The notes under the pieces: generated by a model
Seen by the model: the letters and a program-made list of their open reading frames with translations, nothing else
Told to the model about the DNA's origin: nothing
Databases searched by the model: none
From: Pseudomonadota bacterium
GTDB lineage: Bacteria > Myxococcota > JACRCW01 > JAFGSX01
Reading direction: 5' to 3'
DNA length: 64,000 bases
Assembly (NCBI GenBank): GCA_043821645.1
Contig: JBDRCO010000037.1
Coordinates: 224,001 to 288,000 of the forward strand
In this document: piece by piece, positions 34,068-47,375 of the stretch
Numbering within the stretch: position 1 is the stretch's first letter
Layout of the letters: every line of letters begins with the position of its first letter
Program-made: the position numbers and the translations under genes

Positions 34068-34831
34068 CCTGTGTTCTTGTGCTCGGACTGCTGGCGGCGA
34101 CGCCGGCCCTGGCCCAGGAGGGCAGTCCATCTGCCGGACCGCGGCTGCGGCTTTTCGTCGGCGACTACGAGGCAGCGGCCGGAGCGCCCCTCGACGCTGG
34201 TACGGCCAACGAGATCCTCGCCGCGCGCATGAGCCGGCTGGGCGAGGTGTTCTCGCTGGTGACCAAGGAGGAGGTGCGCAAGGTCCTGGACTACGAGGCC
34301 GTCAAGCAGCTCATCGGTACCGAGGATGACGCAGCGGGGCTGGTGCAGCTCGGCGAGACCATCCGGGCGGATCGGCTGCTCTACGGCCGTATCGGCAAGG
34401 TCGGCGAGACCTACGTGGCGACCCTGACCTTGCTGGATCTGCAAAGCGGTGTCGTCGAAAAGCGCGTCGCCGGAACCTTCAAGGGCGCCCAGGACCTGGC
34501 CATCACCCGGCTTAACGAGCATGCGGATCAGATGCTGGCCTACCTCGTCATGAGCTACGCGCCGGACAAGGTGCAGAAGACGCGGCGGGTTGCGGTCAAG
34601 CTCGGCACGGAGCCGCCGGTCCCCGAGCCTGGACCCGACGCTGGAGCCATGGGCTGGCGCACTCCCACCGGCGCGGCCTTCGCTGGCCTGGGGCTGGGCC
34701 TGGCCGCGGGAGCCGGGACCGTGCACGCCCTCACCTATGACCAGATCACACCCTGGGTCCCGGTGGCCCTGTATGGCGCAGGGGGCGTGCTGGTGGTCAC
34801 CGGCGCCGCTCTGATGCTGTGGCCGGAGTAG
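34055..34831 (+). CDS. Secreted CsgG/TolB_N-like domain protein with C-terminal hydrophobic helices
   Basis: TTG start 7 nt after GGAGG; signal peptide ...PALAQ; domain visibly paralogous to the central domain of 12362-13717. Confidence 0.7.
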   Translation: MRNLTCVLVLGLLAATPALAQEGSPSAGPRLRLFVGDYEAAAGAPLDAGTANEILAARMSRLGEVFSLVTKEEVRKVLDYEAVKQLIGTEDDAAGLVQLGETIRADRLLYGRIGKVGETYVATLTLLDLQSGVVEKRVAGTFKGAQDLAITRLNEHADQMLAYLVMSYAPDKVQKTRRVAVKLGTEPPVPEPGPDAGAMGWRTPTGAAFAGLGLGLAAGAGTVHALTYDQITPWVPVALYGAGGVLVVTGAALMLWPE

Positions 34832-34865
34832 CCAGCGCCCGTCGCCGGCACGATGGCTGGTACTC

Positions 34866-35840
34866 ATGACGCCTGATCGCGCGCTCGAACGCGCTGTTCG
34901 CCGAACCCGCCAATTCTTGCTGCAGCACCCGGTGGCGACGACGCGGGGTTGGCTGGTGGCGGTCTCGGGCGGCGCCGACTCCCTGGCGCTGTGGCGCATC
35001 ACCGCGGCTCTGGGTCGCGATCTGGGCTTTGCCGTCGAAGCTTTGCACGTGGACCACGGACTGCGACCGAGCTGTCATGATGAGGCACAGCGCGTGCGGT
35101 CCTGGGCGCCCCTCCTGGGTACGCCCTGCCACGTGGTCAGCGTGCGGGTGCCATCCACCGGTCAGGGGCCCGAAGCGGAGGCGCGCCAGGTGCGCTACCA
35201 GGCGCTGGAGGCGGTGCGGGCGCAACGCGGTCTCGACGGTGTGGCCCTGGGCCATACCCTCGACGACCAGGCCGAGACCGTGCTCATGCGCAGCCTGACA
35301 GGCTCCGGGCTGCGTGGCCTGGCAGCCATGCACCCGTTCGCCGAGGGGCGCTGGCGGCCCTTGCTGTGGATGCGACGTTCCGAAGCCAGGCAGGTGGCCC
35401 AGAATCTCGGTGTCGACATCGTGGACGACGCCAGCAACCGCGATCGTCGCCTGCGCCGGCCCTGGCTGCGCCACGAGGTTCTACCGCTGATCGAGGGTGT
35501 GCTGGGTGATGTGGCGCCGCAGCTGGCAGCTCTTGCCGAACAGGCCGAGGGCGCCAGCGATCTGATCACTCGCGCGCTGGCCAGCCATGCTGCCGTACCA
35601 GCGGGCCCAGGCGTGGTGGTGGCGTCCAGGTCCCAGGTGGGCACACTCGCCCCGTGGCTACGCGCCGAGTGGCTGATGCTGAACCTGCAGCACCTGGGGG
35701 TGCGGCCTCGCAGGGCACGGGTGAGTGCGCAGCGCTTTGCCCGCCTGATCGATGGCACGGCACCCTTCGCACTGCACCTCGCCGGGGCGCGGGTGCGGGG
35801 CTCTGCCCTCGAGCTGCGGATCGAGGTCACAGGCCCCTGA
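34866..35840 (+). CDS. tilS: tRNA(Ile)-lysidine synthetase (short form)
   Basis: [47 protein letters not shown]; lies upstream of ftsH. Confidence 0.93.
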   Translation: MTPDRALERAVRRTRQFLLQHPVATTRGWLVAVSGGADSLALWRITAALGRDLGFAVEALHVDHGLRPSCHDEAQRVRSWAPLLGTPCHVVSVRVPSTGQGPEAEARQVRYQALEAVRAQRGLDGVALGHTLDDQAETVLMRSLTGSGLRGLAAMHPFAEGRWRPLLWMRRSEARQVAQNLGVDIVDDASNRDRRLRRPWLRHEVLPLIEGVLGDVAPQLAALAEQAEGASDLITRALASHAAVPAGPGVVVASRSQVGTLAPWLRAEWLMLNLQHLGVRPRRARVSAQRFARLIDGTAPFALHLAGARVRGSALELRIEVTGP

Positions 35841-35920
35841 AGTGCCCTGCGATCGTTCAGACTGGCCGCAACCCGCCTCCGTGCTTAGCCATGTCCATGC
35901 ATGGTCGCGTCGAGAGGCTG

Positions 35921-35929
35921 TGCTATATT
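35921..35929 (+). promoter_or_regulatory. Putative extended -10 (TGcTATATT) for ftsH
   Basis: TGN-TATATT about 60 nt upstream of GTG 35990. Confidence 0.45.
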
Positions 35930-35989
35930 CCGCAGAGTGGAGCCCCGCGTGCCGGGGGTGTTCTCTCCGCGAATGCCGAGGAAAAAGCC

Positions 35990-37921
<1,932 letters not shown>

Positions 37922-37950
37922 GAACAAGCAGTCTGCGTCACACTCCCCTC

Positions 37951-38850
37951 ATGCAGAGTGTCCCTACAACACAACCTGCGCCCATCGTCGTGGCTGGACG
38001 GGAATTCGCGTTCGGTGCGCGCAGCTACATCCTGGGCATCCTCAACGTGACCCCGGACAGCTTCAGCGATGGTGGACGCTTCGTGGATGCCGAGGCTGCG
38101 GTACAGGCGGGCTGCGAGCTGGTGGAGCAGGGCGCGGATCTCGTCGACGTGGGCGGCGAGTCCACCCGGCCCGGTGCACGGGCCGTGACGGTCGAGGAGG
38201 AGCTCGACCGCGTGCTGCCAGTGATCCAGGGTCTGGTTGCCCGCGGTGTGCAGACGATCTCGATCGACACCCGCAAGGCCAGGGTCGCCCAGGCTGCACT
38301 GCAGGCGGGGGCCGGCCTGGTCAACGACGTGTCCGGTGGTCGTTTCGATCCCGAGCTACTGGACGTAGTGGCGGCGGCGCAGGTGCCCTGCGTTCTCATG
38401 CACACCCGCGACCTGCCCGAGCGCATGCAGCAAGGAGAGATCCACTACGAGGACGTGGTTCGCGACGTGGGGCGCTGGCTGAGCCTTGGGGTCGATGCCG
38501 CTGTGCGGCGAGGTGTGGACTCCACCCGCATCGTCCTGGATCCCGGCATAGGCTTCGGCAAGACCGTGGAGCACAACCTGGCTCTGACGCGCGGCCTGGG
38601 GGCGCTGCGGGCCCTGGGGCATGCCGTCTTGTACGGGTCGTCGCGAAAGAGCTTCCTGGGGGTGCTGCTTGGTGGAGCCGCAACCGTGGACAGGCTCGAG
38701 GGGACCCTGGCCAGCGTGGCCATCGCCGTGCAGCACGGTGCCGACATCCTGCGCGTTCATGACGTGGCGTCGGTGCGCCGGCTGCTGGCGGTGGTGGACC
38801 CCCTGGTGCGCGGCCTTACGGCCACGGCGATTCCCGCGAACAGGGCTTAA
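37951..38850 (+). CDS. folP: Dihydropteroate synthase
   Basis: GILNVTPDSFSDGG, DVGGESTRPG, SIDT, DPGIGFGK, SRKSF, LRVHDV. Confidence 0.97.
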   Translation: MQSVPTTQPAPIVVAGREFAFGARSYILGILNVTPDSFSDGGRFVDAEAAVQAGCELVEQGADLVDVGGESTRPGARAVTVEEELDRVLPVIQGLVARGVQTISIDTRKARVAQAALQAGAGLVNDVSGGRFDPELLDVVAAAQVPCVLMHTRDLPERMQQGEIHYEDVVRDVGRWLSLGVDAAVRRGVDSTRIVLDPGIGFGKTVEHNLALTRGLGALRALGHAVLYGSSRKSFLGVLLGGAATVDRLEGTLASVAIAVQHGADILRVHDVASVRRLLAVVDPLVRGLTATAIPANRA

Positions 38851-38963
38851 TTCCCACAGAATATGTGGCATGCTGAGAGTCCACTGGCGCTGCTCGATGG
38901 AGTGGCGTGTGGGTCTGCTGTCGACGGAGACTGCGGAGCGGTACCGTCGGAGAAGCCACGACG

Positions 38964-39779
38964 ATGATCGAGTTCCTGTCCCAGATCAGCACCGCCAGCC
39001 TGCGGGAGATCGTGGTCTCGGCCGTCGACGTGGCCATCGTCTACTACGCGATCTACCGCGTGCTCCTGCTCATCCGTGGTACGCGCGCGGTGCAGATGCT
39101 GGTCGGGCTGTTGCTGGTCATCATGACCTACTTCGCCAGCCGCTACTTTCAGCTGGCGACGCTCAACTGGTTGCTCGACAATTTCTTGCAGTCCTTCGTG
39201 GTGCTCCTGATCATCGTGTTTCAGTCCGACATTCGACGTGCCCTGGTGCATTTCGGTCGGCGTCCACTTCTGGACAGGTTGAGCCGCCAGGAAAAGGCCT
39301 TCTCGATCGAGGAGGTCACGCGCGCGGCGAGCCGCATGGGGCAGAACCGCATCGGGGGCATCATCGTGCTCGAGCGCGCCGCGGATCTCGGCGACTACAT
39401 CCAGGAGGGTGTGCTCATCGACGCCAGGATCTCGCGTGAGCTGCTGCTGGCGATCTTTCACACGCGCTCTCCCATCCACGACGGGGCCGTGATCCTTCAG
39501 CAGGGTCGCGTGGCCGCTGCAGGTGTGTTTCTTCCCCTGACGGCCAACCCCAACGTGTCCAAGGCTCTCGGGACGCGGCACAGGGCCGCGATCGGGGTGT
39601 CCGAGGAGGTGGATGCCGTGGTGGTGGTGGTGAGCGAGGAGAGCGGGAAGATCTCGCTGGTGGTCGAGGGTCAGATCACCCGAGATCTGGATCCTCCCAC
39701 CCTGCGCAAGGTACTCACGTCGCTCTTCACGTCCCAGCTTTCCAAGGCGGCGCGTCGCCTGAGTGGCGCAGGCGCCTAG
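38964..39779 (+). CDS. cdaA: Diadenylate cyclase CdaA (DacA)
   Basis: Three N-terminal TMs; FQSDIRRAL; HDGA; GTRHRAA; VVSEESG. Confidence 0.95.
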   Translation: MIEFLSQISTASLREIVVSAVDVAIVYYAIYRVLLLIRGTRAVQMLVGLLLVIMTYFASRYFQLATLNWLLDNFLQSFVVLLIIVFQSDIRRALVHFGRRPLLDRLSRQEKAFSIEEVTRAASRMGQNRIGGIIVLERAADLGDYIQEGVLIDARISRELLLAIFHTRSPIHDGAVILQQGRVAAAGVFLPLTANPNVSKALGTRHRAAIGVSEEVDAVVVVVSEESGKISLVVEGQITRDLDPPTLRKVLTSLFTSQLSKAARRLSGAGA

Positions 39780-39865
39780 GTGCGGGCAGGAGACATCGTG
39801 GTGAGGCTGCTTCGACGACAGCAGGGGGGCGTACCCGATGCTCCTGTGACGAGGAGGAACTCCGC

Positions 39866-40867
39866 ATGGGCACGTTGAGGATGCTCCTGCGGCGCGTTTT
39901 CCTCGAGAACGCGGGCACCAAGCTGGTGGCGCTCGCCGTGGCACTACTGCTGTTCTACTTCGTGCGCGAGGGACGCCAGGAGGTCAAGAGTCTGAGCGTC
40001 GACGTCGAGCTGCTGCTCCCGAAAGGTGTGGTTCAGACCAACGAGATCGCACGCCAGGTCGAGGTCGCCCTGGTCGGCCCCAAGGCCAACATCGATGCCA
40101 TCGGTCGCGAGGACCTGGGCGCGCTCAAGGTCGACCTCACACCTTTTGGCATCGGCTCCTCGACCTACTTTTTTCACAAGGAGATGTTCCCGGAACTCCC
40201 CAAGGGCGTCACCGTGACCTCGTTCGCTCCGTCCTACGTCGCGGTACGTCTGGAAAAGGAGGTCAGCCGCATCCTGCCGGTAACCCCCATTCTCAAGGGA
40301 CAGCCAGCGCACGGTTATCGCGTCGACCGCTACACCCTGAGTGACGTCGAGGCGACGCTGATCGGTCCCACCAGCCTGGTCGACCGCACGGACTTTTTGG
40401 AGACCGCTGCCGTGGACATCACCGGCGCCACCCAGACCGTGGAGCGCGAGGTGCCGATCCGTCTGCCCGCGCCGAGTACCCGGTTGTCCCTGAGCGATCC
40501 CATCCTGGTCACCGTGCATGTGGTCGAGGACATCGTGGAGCGCGTGCTCGAGGGCATTCCCGTGGCGCGGCCTGCGGGCTTCGAGCTCCGCATCGAGCCC
40601 GCAAGCATCGACGTCACGGTCAAGGGCCCCTTGCGCCTCGTCGAGAAGATGACTCCGGGGGAGCTGGCCGCCCAGATCGAGCTGGATCCGCGAGCCAAGA
40701 AGGGGATGCAGCAGGTGCCCGTACTGCGCGTCGAGGGCTTGCCCGCAGAGGTGGCTCGCGTGAGCAAGCTCCCCAGGGTCACCGTGCACATCGACCGCAC
40801 GGGTGTGAGAACTTTGCCCCCCTCCCCGCAGCCTCGAGAACCGGACAAGGGCAAGGCCACACCATGA
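39866..40867 (+). CDS. cdaR: CdaR/YbbR-like regulator of diadenylate cyclase
   Basis: [16 protein letters not shown]; YbbR repeats (G.PAHGY, DITGAT, V.VKGP); position between cdaA and glmM. Confidence 0.85.
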   Translation: MGTLRMLLRRVFLENAGTKLVALAVALLLFYFVREGRQEVKSLSVDVELLLPKGVVQTNEIARQVEVALVGPKANIDAIGREDLGALKVDLTPFGIGSSTYFFHKEMFPELPKGVTVTSFAPSYVAVRLEKEVSRILPVTPILKGQPAHGYRVDRYTLSDVEATLIGPTSLVDRTDFLETAAVDITGATQTVEREVPIRLPAPSTRLSLSDPILVTVHVVEDIVERVLEGIPVARPAGFELRIEPASIDVTVKGPLRLVEKMTPGELAAQIELDPRAKKGMQQVPVLRVEGLPAEVARVSKLPRVTVHIDRTGVRTLPPSPQPREPDKGKATP

Positions 40868-42246
40868 TCACGCGGCAGCTCTTCGGAACCGATGGGGTGC
40901 GTGGCATCGCCAATGTTCCGCCCATGACGGTGGAGGTGGCATTGGGTGTAGGTCGCGCCACGGGACTCCTGGTGCGCGAACGCGGGCTCGATAGCTGGCG
41001 TCGCACTGCCGGCGCGCGCCGGCGCGTGGTCATCGGCAAGGACACGCGGCTGTCCGGCTACATGCTTGAGAACGCCTTCGCCGCCGGGCTCATGTCGATG
41101 GGAACGGATGTGATCTTCGTGGGGCCCCTACCCACACCCGGTGTCGCCTTCGTGACCAGGAGCATGCGAGCCAATGCCGGCGTGATGATCAGCGCCTCGC
41201 ACAACCCCTTCGAGGACAACGGCATCAAGATCTTTGCGGGGGACGGATTCAAGCTCCCCGATGAGACGGAACTGGCCATCGAGCAACTCATCCGGGACGG
41301 CAACGTGGACAAGGTGCGGCCACGGGGTGGCGCCATAGGAAAAGCCAAGCGCATCGACGACGCCGGCGGCCGCTACATCGTCTTTCTCAAGAATACCTTC
41401 CCGGATCACCTGTCTCTCGACGGGCTGCGCATCGTGGTCGATTGCGCCAATGGCGCATCGTACAAGGTGGCGCCAACGGTGTTCGAGGAGCTGGGTGCCG
41501 AGGTCCATCCGCTCTCGGTGCAACCCGATGGTCGCAACATCAACCGGCGCTGCGGGTCCCTGCACCCATCGGTGATGTGCCGCGAGGTCAAGCGCAGGCA
41601 GGCGCACATCGGTATTGCCCTCGACGGCGATGCGGATCGCGTGATCGTCAGCGACGAGAACGGCGAGGTTGTCGACGGCGACCAGATCATGGCCATCTGT
41701 GCCCGGGAGCTGATGCGGCGTGGGCGGCTGGCCCACGGAACCCTGGTGTCCACGGTCATGTCCAACATCGGGCTCGAGCGCAGCCTGGCCGAGGTCGGCG
41801 GCCGGGTCGTGCGCACGGCCGTGGGTGACCGCTACGTCGTCGAGAGAATGCGCCAGGATGGCTACACCTTTGGCGGCGAGCAGTCCGGCCACCTCATCTT
41901 CCTCGACCATGCCACCACTGGCGACGGCGTCCTGGCGGCGCTGTCGCTGCTGGCGGTCATGGTGGAGCAACAGCGCCCGCTGTCGGAGCTCCGCAAGTGC
42001 ATGGAGCTGTTCCCGCAGACACTGATCAACCTTCAGGTGCGCGAGAAGAAACCCCTCGAGGAGCTCACCGAGGCTGGCCGCGTGGTGCGCGAGGTCGAGC
42101 AACGCCTGGGGCAGGGTGGCCGCGTGCTGGTCCGCTACAGCGGCACCGAGAAGAAGGCCCGGGTGCTGGTCGAGGGCGAGGACGCGGTGCTGGTGGAGCG
42201 CTGCGCCGAGGACATCGCCGAGGCCCTGCGCAGGGAGATCGGCTAA
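40864..42246 (+). CDS. glmM: Phosphoglucosamine mutase
   Basis: [43 protein letters not shown]. Confidence 0.97.
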   Translation: MITRQLFGTDGVRGIANVPPMTVEVALGVGRATGLLVRERGLDSWRRTAGARRRVVIGKDTRLSGYMLENAFAAGLMSMGTDVIFVGPLPTPGVAFVTRSMRANAGVMISASHNPFEDNGIKIFAGDGFKLPDETELAIEQLIRDGNVDKVRPRGGAIGKAKRIDDAGGRYIVFLKNTFPDHLSLDGLRIVVDCANGASYKVAPTVFEELGAEVHPLSVQPDGRNINRRCGSLHPSVMCREVKRRQAHIGIALDGDADRVIVSDENGEVVDGDQIMAICARELMRRGRLAHGTLVSTVMSNIGLERSLAEVGGRVVRTAVGDRYVVERMRQDGYTFGGEQSGHLIFLDHATTGDGVLAALSLLAVMVEQQRPLSELRKCMELFPQTLINLQVREKKPLEELTEAGRVVREVEQRLGQGGRVLVRYSGTEKKARVLVEGEDAVLVERCAEDIAEALRREIG

Positions 42247-42261
42247 CCGGCCAGCCCGCGA

Positions 42262-43089
42262 CTACCAGCGAATCACACCTTCCCCGACGACGATGATGCG
42301 CCCTGTGGCGTCGCGCAGCACGACGCGCTGGCGGGCTCCGGGGCGATTGTTGCGCATGGCCACCTGCAGCAACATCTGCTGCACGGCACCGAGGTCGGCG
42401 ACGGCGGGTCCGGTCACGGGCTCGGCGTCTTCCGGTGGTAGCACCTGCGCCCGGCGGTCCACGGGGCGGCCGAAGCGATGCTCGGCAAAGGCCATCTCCT
42501 GGCCGGCCATGACCCATAGAAGCACGGCGAGGACGGGCAGTGTGTAGTGGCCCACGACCAGCCCGAACACGCCGAGTGCCACGGCCAGGCCGCGCGCCAC
42601 GAAGACGGCGATGCGGGTTGCGCGATAGCCCCCCAGGCGTGTCTGCAGTGCCGCGCGGAAGATCCGGCCGCCGTCCATGGGCAAGGCCGGCAGCAGGTTG
42701 AACACGGCGAGCATGGTGTTGATCACCGCCAGTTCGCGCGCGAATCCCGATCCCGCCAGCACCCAGCCCGCACCGCCCAGCAGGGCCAGCGCCGCCGAGG
42801 TCACGGGTCCTGCAATGGCGATCGCGATCTCGTCGCCCGGTGTGCGCGGCAGGCTGGTCATCTTGGCCACCCCGCCGAAGAAGTGCAGCTCGATGCCGGC
42901 GATGCCCACGCCCAGGCGGCGCGCGATCAAGCTGTGCCCGAACTCGTGCACAAGCACCGACGAGAACACCAGGACCGCCAGCCCCAGGTTGTCGAGGCCA
43001 AACAGCAGCAGCGCGAGCAGCAGCGACCAGTGCGCCTCGACCGCGATGCCGAAGGCCGTGAACAGCTTGATCCGTCCCAGTCCAAACAT
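42262..43089 (-). CDS. Site-2 protease (peptidase M50) family
   Basis: HEFGH, FFGGVA, IAIAGP, FNLLPALPMDGGR; multiple TMs. Confidence 0.92.
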   Translation of the reverse strand: MFGLGRIKLFTAFGIAVEAHWSLLLALLLFGLDNLGLAVLVFSSVLVHEFGHSLIARRLGVGIAGIELHFFGGVAKMTSLPRTPGDEIAIAIAGPVTSAALALLGGAGWVLAGSGFARELAVINTMLAVFNLLPALPMDGGRIFRAALQTRLGGYRATRIAVFVARGLAVALGVFGLVVGHYTLPVLAVLLWVMAGQEMAFAEHRFGRPVDRRAQVLPPEDAEPVTGPAVADLGAVQQMLLQVAMRNNRPGARQRVVLRDATGRIIVVGEGVIRW

Positions 43090-43258
43090 GACGACTCCAT
43101 CGTGGATGCCGTGTGCCCTGGATGCAAGACGTTGCCGGCCCGGGGGGAGCACCGCGGCATCACTCCATCAAGATAGGCGCGTGGGCGTCTGAGGCAACAC
43201 CGGCGGCGCCTGGTTCACGCATGGGAAGAAATGGGTGAGAAGGGGACCGACCGACCGG

Positions 43259-43918
43259 TCACACGTCCATGGTCTTGAGTGCCGGTGACACCTCGAAGGC
43301 GCAGCCGGTCTTCTGCTTGATCTCATCGACGCTGACCCCCGGCGCCAGCTCGCGCAGGGTGAGGCCCTGGCCACGCTTCACGTCGAACAGGCACAGGTCG
43401 GTGACGATCATGTCGACGCAGGCCTTGCCGGTGAGGGGCAGGTTGCACTGCTCCAGGATCTTGTGATCGCCGTTCTTGGCCACGTGCTCCATGGTCACCA
43501 CGACCTGGCGAGCGCCGGCCACCAGGTCCATGGCGCCGCCCATGCCCTTGACCATCTTGCCCGGGATCATCCAGTTGGCGATGTCGCCCATGCGCGACAC
43601 TTGCATGGCACCGAGCACGGTGAAGTCGACATGGCCGCCGCGGATCATGGCGAAGGACTCGCCTGACGAGAAGTAGCTGGTGCCGGGCACCTCGGTGACG
43701 GTTTGCTTTCCGGCGTTGATAAGGTCCGGGTCCTCCTCGCCCTCGAAGGGGAAGGGGCCCACACCCAGCATGCCGTTCTCTGACTGCAGGATGACCTCGA
43801 TGCCGGCCGGGATGTGGTTGGCGACGAGGGTGGGGATACCGATGCCGAGGTTGACGTAATAGCCATCGCGGAGCTCGGCGGCGACGCGTTTCACGATCTG
43901 ATCACGAGTGAGTGCCAT
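43259..43918 (-). CDS. scoB: 3-oxoacid CoA-transferase subunit B
   Basis: [18 protein letters not shown] (catalytic Glu), [16 protein letters not shown]. Confidence 0.93.
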   Translation of the reverse strand: MALTRDQIVKRVAAELRDGYYVNLGIGIPTLVANHIPAGIEVILQSENGMLGVGPFPFEGEEDPDLINAGKQTVTEVPGTSYFSSGESFAMIRGGHVDFTVLGAMQVSRMGDIANWMIPGKMVKGMGGAMDLVAGARQVVVTMEHVAKNGDHKILEQCNLPLTGKACVDMIVTDLCLFDVKRGQGLTLRELAPGVSVDEIKQKTGCAFEVSPALKTMDV

Positions 43919-43929
43919 GTCCGTCCTCC

Positions 43930-44682
43930 TCAGGCTCGCGGCCGCGTGGTGCGCTGCTCTATCCATTTCTCGTAGCCGTTGCCCTGGAAGATGCGCTGCA
44001 CGTAGATGCCCGGGGTGTGGATCTGGTCCGGTTCCAGCTCGCCCGGCTGCACCAGTTCTTCGACCTCGACGATGGTCACCTTGGCCGCCGCGCACATCAT
44101 GGGTGCAAAGTTGCGCGCGGTCTTGCGGAACACCAGATTGCCGTGGGTGTCACCCCGGTAAGCCTTGATGATGGCGAAGTCTGCGGTGAGTGCGCGCTCG
44201 AGCACGTACATCTTGCCGTCGAACTCGCGGCACTCCTTCTTCTCGGAGCCCTTCTTGACGCCGCCCTGGCCGTCGTAGAGCTGGGGCAGACCACCGTCGG
44301 CGACCGCGGTGCCGTAGCCTGTGGGTGTGTAGAACGCCGGGATACCCGCCCCACCTGCACGCAGGCGCTCGGCCAGGGTGCCCTGGGGATTGAGCTCGAC
44401 CTCCAGCTCACCTTGCAGGAACTGTCGCTCGAACTCCTTGTTCTCGCCGACATACGACGACACCATCTTCCGGATCTGGTGGGCATTGAGCAGGATGCCA
44501 AGCCCGAACTTGTCGGTGCCACAGTTGTTGCTGATCACCGTCAGGTCCTTGAGACCCTTTTTGTGCAGAGCGGTGAGCAGGTTCTCGGGATTGCCCGACA
44601 GCCCGAAGCCGCTCGCCATGATGGTGACGCCATCCGTGAGGTCGTGGATCGCGTCGATCGCACTGTTGAAGACCTTGTCCAT
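43930..44682 (-). CDS. scoA: 3-oxoacid CoA-transferase subunit A
   Basis: [59 protein letters not shown]. Confidence 0.93.
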   Translation of the reverse strand: MDKVFNSAIDAIHDLTDGVTIMASGFGLSGNPENLLTALHKKGLKDLTVISNNCGTDKFGLGILLNAHQIRKMVSSYVGENKEFERQFLQGELEVELNPQGTLAERLRAGGAGIPAFYTPTGYGTAVADGGLPQLYDGQGGVKKGSEKKECREFDGKMYVLERALTADFAIIKAYRGDTHGNLVFRKTARNFAPMMCAAAKVTIVEVEELVQPGELEPDQIHTPGIYVQRIFQGNGYEKWIEQRTTRPRA

Positions 44683-44732
44683 CGTAGCCTCCTCCTCCGA
44701 CCGGTCGGCAGTAGCATCCGTCCGTGGCAGGG

Positions 44733-45938
44733 TCAACGGCGGCTACCGATGGCTCCGCTGTCGCGCAGCCGGGTGATGGCGTCGTCGTCGAGACCCAGCA
44801 CTTCGCGCAGGATGTCATCGGTGTCCGCGCCGAGGAGCGGCGGGGCGCCCTCCACGCGGCCCGGGGTCTCGGACAGGCGCACGGGCACGCCGGTTACCTG
44901 CACCGTGCCCGCGGTCGGGTGGTGCAGATCGACGACCATGCCCCGCTGTCGCAGGTGGCCGAGTTCCAGCACCTGCTTGGCGTCGAGGACAGGGCCCACC
45001 GGGATGCCTGCGCCCTCGAGATCGCGGATCCAGTCCTGCACGTCGCGCTCGGCGATGCGGGGTTCGATCAGGTCCAGCAAGGCCTCGCGGTTCTCGACGC
45101 GGCTGGGGTTGTGGGCGAAGCGCGGATCGTCCTTCCACTCCGGGTGCCCGAGCAGATCCGCGAGCAGGCCAAAGAACTTGTCATTGGCGGCGCCGATGAC
45201 GACGTGACCGTCGCGAGCGCGAAAGGTCTGGTAGGGCACGATGCTGGGGTGGGCATTGCCGTGACGCGGCGGGGCCTGGCCGGTGGCGGCGACGAAACCC
45301 GCGTGGTAGGCCAGCAGCGAGACCTGGCCGTCAAGGAGCGACACGTCGACATGCTGGCCGCGGCCGGTGCGCTCGCGGGCGTAAAGCGCGAGGACGGTGC
45401 CGTAGGCGGCGTAGATGCCAGCGACGATGTCGGCGATCGAGGTCCCGTGCTTGAAGGGCGCGCCGTCCGCAGGTCCGGTCAGGGAGGTCAGGCCGCTCAT
45501 GTTCTGCAGGATGGGGTCGTAGCCCGGCCGTCGCACATAGTCCGGGTCCCCGTGGTGGCCGAAGCCGGTCACCGACACGTAGACCAGGCGCGGGTGGACG
45601 GCGAGCAGCTGCTCCTCGCCCAGGCCCATCCTGGTCAACACGCCGGGCCGGAAGTTCTCGACCAGCACGTCGCTGGTGGCGATCAACCGCCGGATCAGGT
45701 CCAGGCCCCCGGGGTTCTTGAGATCCACGGTGAGGCTGCGCTTGCCGTGGTTGATGCTCAAAAAGTACGCGCTCTCACCCTCGACGAAGGGAGGACCGAA
45801 GCGCCGGGTCTCGTCGCCACCGTCGGGGTGCTCGACCTTGATCACCTGCGCCCCCATGTCGGCGAGCATCTGGGTGCAGTAGGGGCCGGCCAGCACCCGG
45901 CTCAGGTCCAGCACGCGGATCGAATCCAGTGGTCGCAT
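44733..45938 (-). CDS. CaiB/BaiF family (class III) CoA-transferase
   Basis: RVLDLSRVLAGPYC, VLVENFRPG, GYD, SIADIVAG (catalytic Asp), PPLLGADT. Confidence 0.95.
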   Translation of the reverse strand: MRPLDSIRVLDLSRVLAGPYCTQMLADMGAQVIKVEHPDGGDETRRFGPPFVEGESAYFLSINHGKRSLTVDLKNPGGLDLIRRLIATSDVLVENFRPGVLTRMGLGEEQLLAVHPRLVYVSVTGFGHHGDPDYVRRPGYDPILQNMSGLTSLTGPADGAPFKHGTSIADIVAGIYAAYGTVLALYARERTGRGQHVDVSLLDGQVSLLAYHAGFVAATGQAPPRHGNAHPSIVPYQTFRARDGHVVIGAANDKFFGLLADLLGHPEWKDDPRFAHNPSRVENREALLDLIEPRIAERDVQDWIRDLEGAGIPVGPVLDAKQVLELGHLRQRGMVVDLHHPTAGTVQVTGVPVRLSETPGRVEGAPPLLGADTDDILREVLGLDDDAITRLRDSGAIGSRR

Positions 45939-46086
45939 GGCTCACCTCGCGGTGGCGCGAGCATGGCACGCGGGCCGCGCGGCCCCAAGCCGGTTTCGCG
46001 CGCGCTGCCTGTCGCCAGGACGCGAAGTGCGCTAGCATGGCAGGACAGCGCGGGGGGATGCTGACCGGTCATCGCGGAGGTAGCGG

Positions 46087-46425
46087 ATGCTGCGCACGCT
46101 GTTCAAGATCACGACCCTGGCCGCAGCCGTGGCGGCACTGCTGATCCTGGGCGCTGCTGGCGTCCAGCAGGCCAGCGCCCAGATCGCCCAGAAATCCTCA
46201 TTGCCGACGGAGGAGGGCGACTACACGGTTTTTGACACGCCCCAGGCCACGCTGTTGCTCGACCGCAAGAGCGGCAACCTTTGGCGCATCGGTTACACCG
46301 AGGTGGGTGGCCAGCGCTACTGGTTTGGAACCTTCGTACCGCGGGAGCCTCCGAGCAGCTTCGCGGACTTCCAGCAGCGCGTGCGCAAGGCGATTCGCGG
46401 TGCGCCGCGAGAGGGCACCCCCTGA
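46087..46425 (+). CDS. Small secreted hypothetical protein
   Basis: SD GGAGG; signal peptide ...QQASAQ; beta-rich mature part. Confidence 0.7.
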   Translation: MLRTLFKITTLAAAVAALLILGAAGVQQASAQIAQKSSLPTEEGDYTVFDTPQATLLLDRKSGNLWRIGYTEVGGQRYWFGTFVPREPPSSFADFQQRVRKAIRGAPREGTP

Positions 46426-46575
46426 CGCGGACCCTGTGAAGATGGCGGGCGGGTGAGGGCAGCAATATCGCTGCCGGGGGAACGAGAGATGGATGGCCGC
46501 GCACCGTCGAAGCGGTAGCATGCTGGCCGTCCCGAGACCTGCGGGGCGAGCCACCCGGCCCCCGGAGAGGACGTG

Positions 46576-47352
46576 ATGCCCTGTCCCCTGTGTGAAGCCC
46601 CTGTGCTGGGCACGCCCGACAATTGCCCTGAATGTGGTCACCCCCTGCGCCCGGCGGCTGGTTCGACGGGGTCCTACAGCAGCGCGCCAGGGTTGCAGCC
46701 TGTGAGTCCTCCATCGCAGCCCGGGGTGTCGCCGGTACGGCCTGGTCCTGCCTCCCCTCGATCCGGCGGGACAGCGCCAGTATTGCCGGGGACCCCGATC
46801 CCGGTGGGGGCCAATCCCTTCACTCGTCCGCCGGTGACACTGCCTCCGCCGCAGGACAGCCTCATCGAGCACACTGCTCTCGGCGATGTGGGCGCGGTGG
46901 TGCCAGAGACGGTCGACGGTCTCATCGATTCGAGGCTGTTCGGGGCCTATGTTCCCGAAGGCGTCGACGCGCCCCCCATCGAGGGACTCGAGACGACGCA
47001 GGTCGCACAGGTCACCATCATGGACGACAAGGTGCCGGAGCTGGAGGCCACGTCCTTCATCGATCAGCCCGTTGCTGAGCCCAATTTCGCAGATGCCGGC
47101 CCCTTGGACGGCCTCATCGACTCCCGCCTGTTCGGGGCCTATGTCCCCGACGGTGTCGATGCACCCATGCTGGAGGGACTCGAGATCACGCGTTTTGACG
47201 CCGATGAAATGCCCAAGCCAAAGGCGAGTGCGCGGCGGGGCGACAAGGTCGCCGACGGGGACTTCGAAGGCTACTGTCCCGGCTGTGCGGTCAACGTCAA
47301 GTCGCGCATGTGCCCACAATGCGGGAATCCGGCGCGCCCTCGCGGCTGGTGA
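46576..47352 (+). CDS. Protein with N- and C-terminal zinc ribbons around a Pro-rich, internally duplicated core
   Basis: CPLC..CPEC at the N-terminus and CPGC..CPQC at the C-terminus; SD GGAGAGG. Confidence 0.75.
   Translation: MPCPLCEAPVLGTPDNCPECGHPLRPAAGSTGSYSSAPGLQPVSPPSQPGVSPVRPGPASPRSGGTAPVLPGTPIPVGANPFTRPPVTLPPPQDSLIEHTALGDVGAVVPETVDGLIDSRLFGAYVPEGVDAPPIEGLETTQVAQVTIMDDKVPELEATSFIDQPVAEPNFADAGPLDGLIDSRLFGAYVPDGVDAPMLEGLEITRFDADEMPKPKASARRGDKVADGDFEGYCPGCAVNVKSRMCPQCGNPARPRGW
46915..47190 (+). repeat. Intragenic direct repeat of about 84 nt (28 aa), period 192 nt
   Basis: DGLIDSRLFGAYVPEGVDAPPIEGLETT (46915-46998) versus DGLIDSRLFGAYVPDGVDAPMLEGLEIT (47107-47190). Confidence 0.9.
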
Positions 47353-47375
47353 GTCTGACGCGTAGCGGGGCCTCG

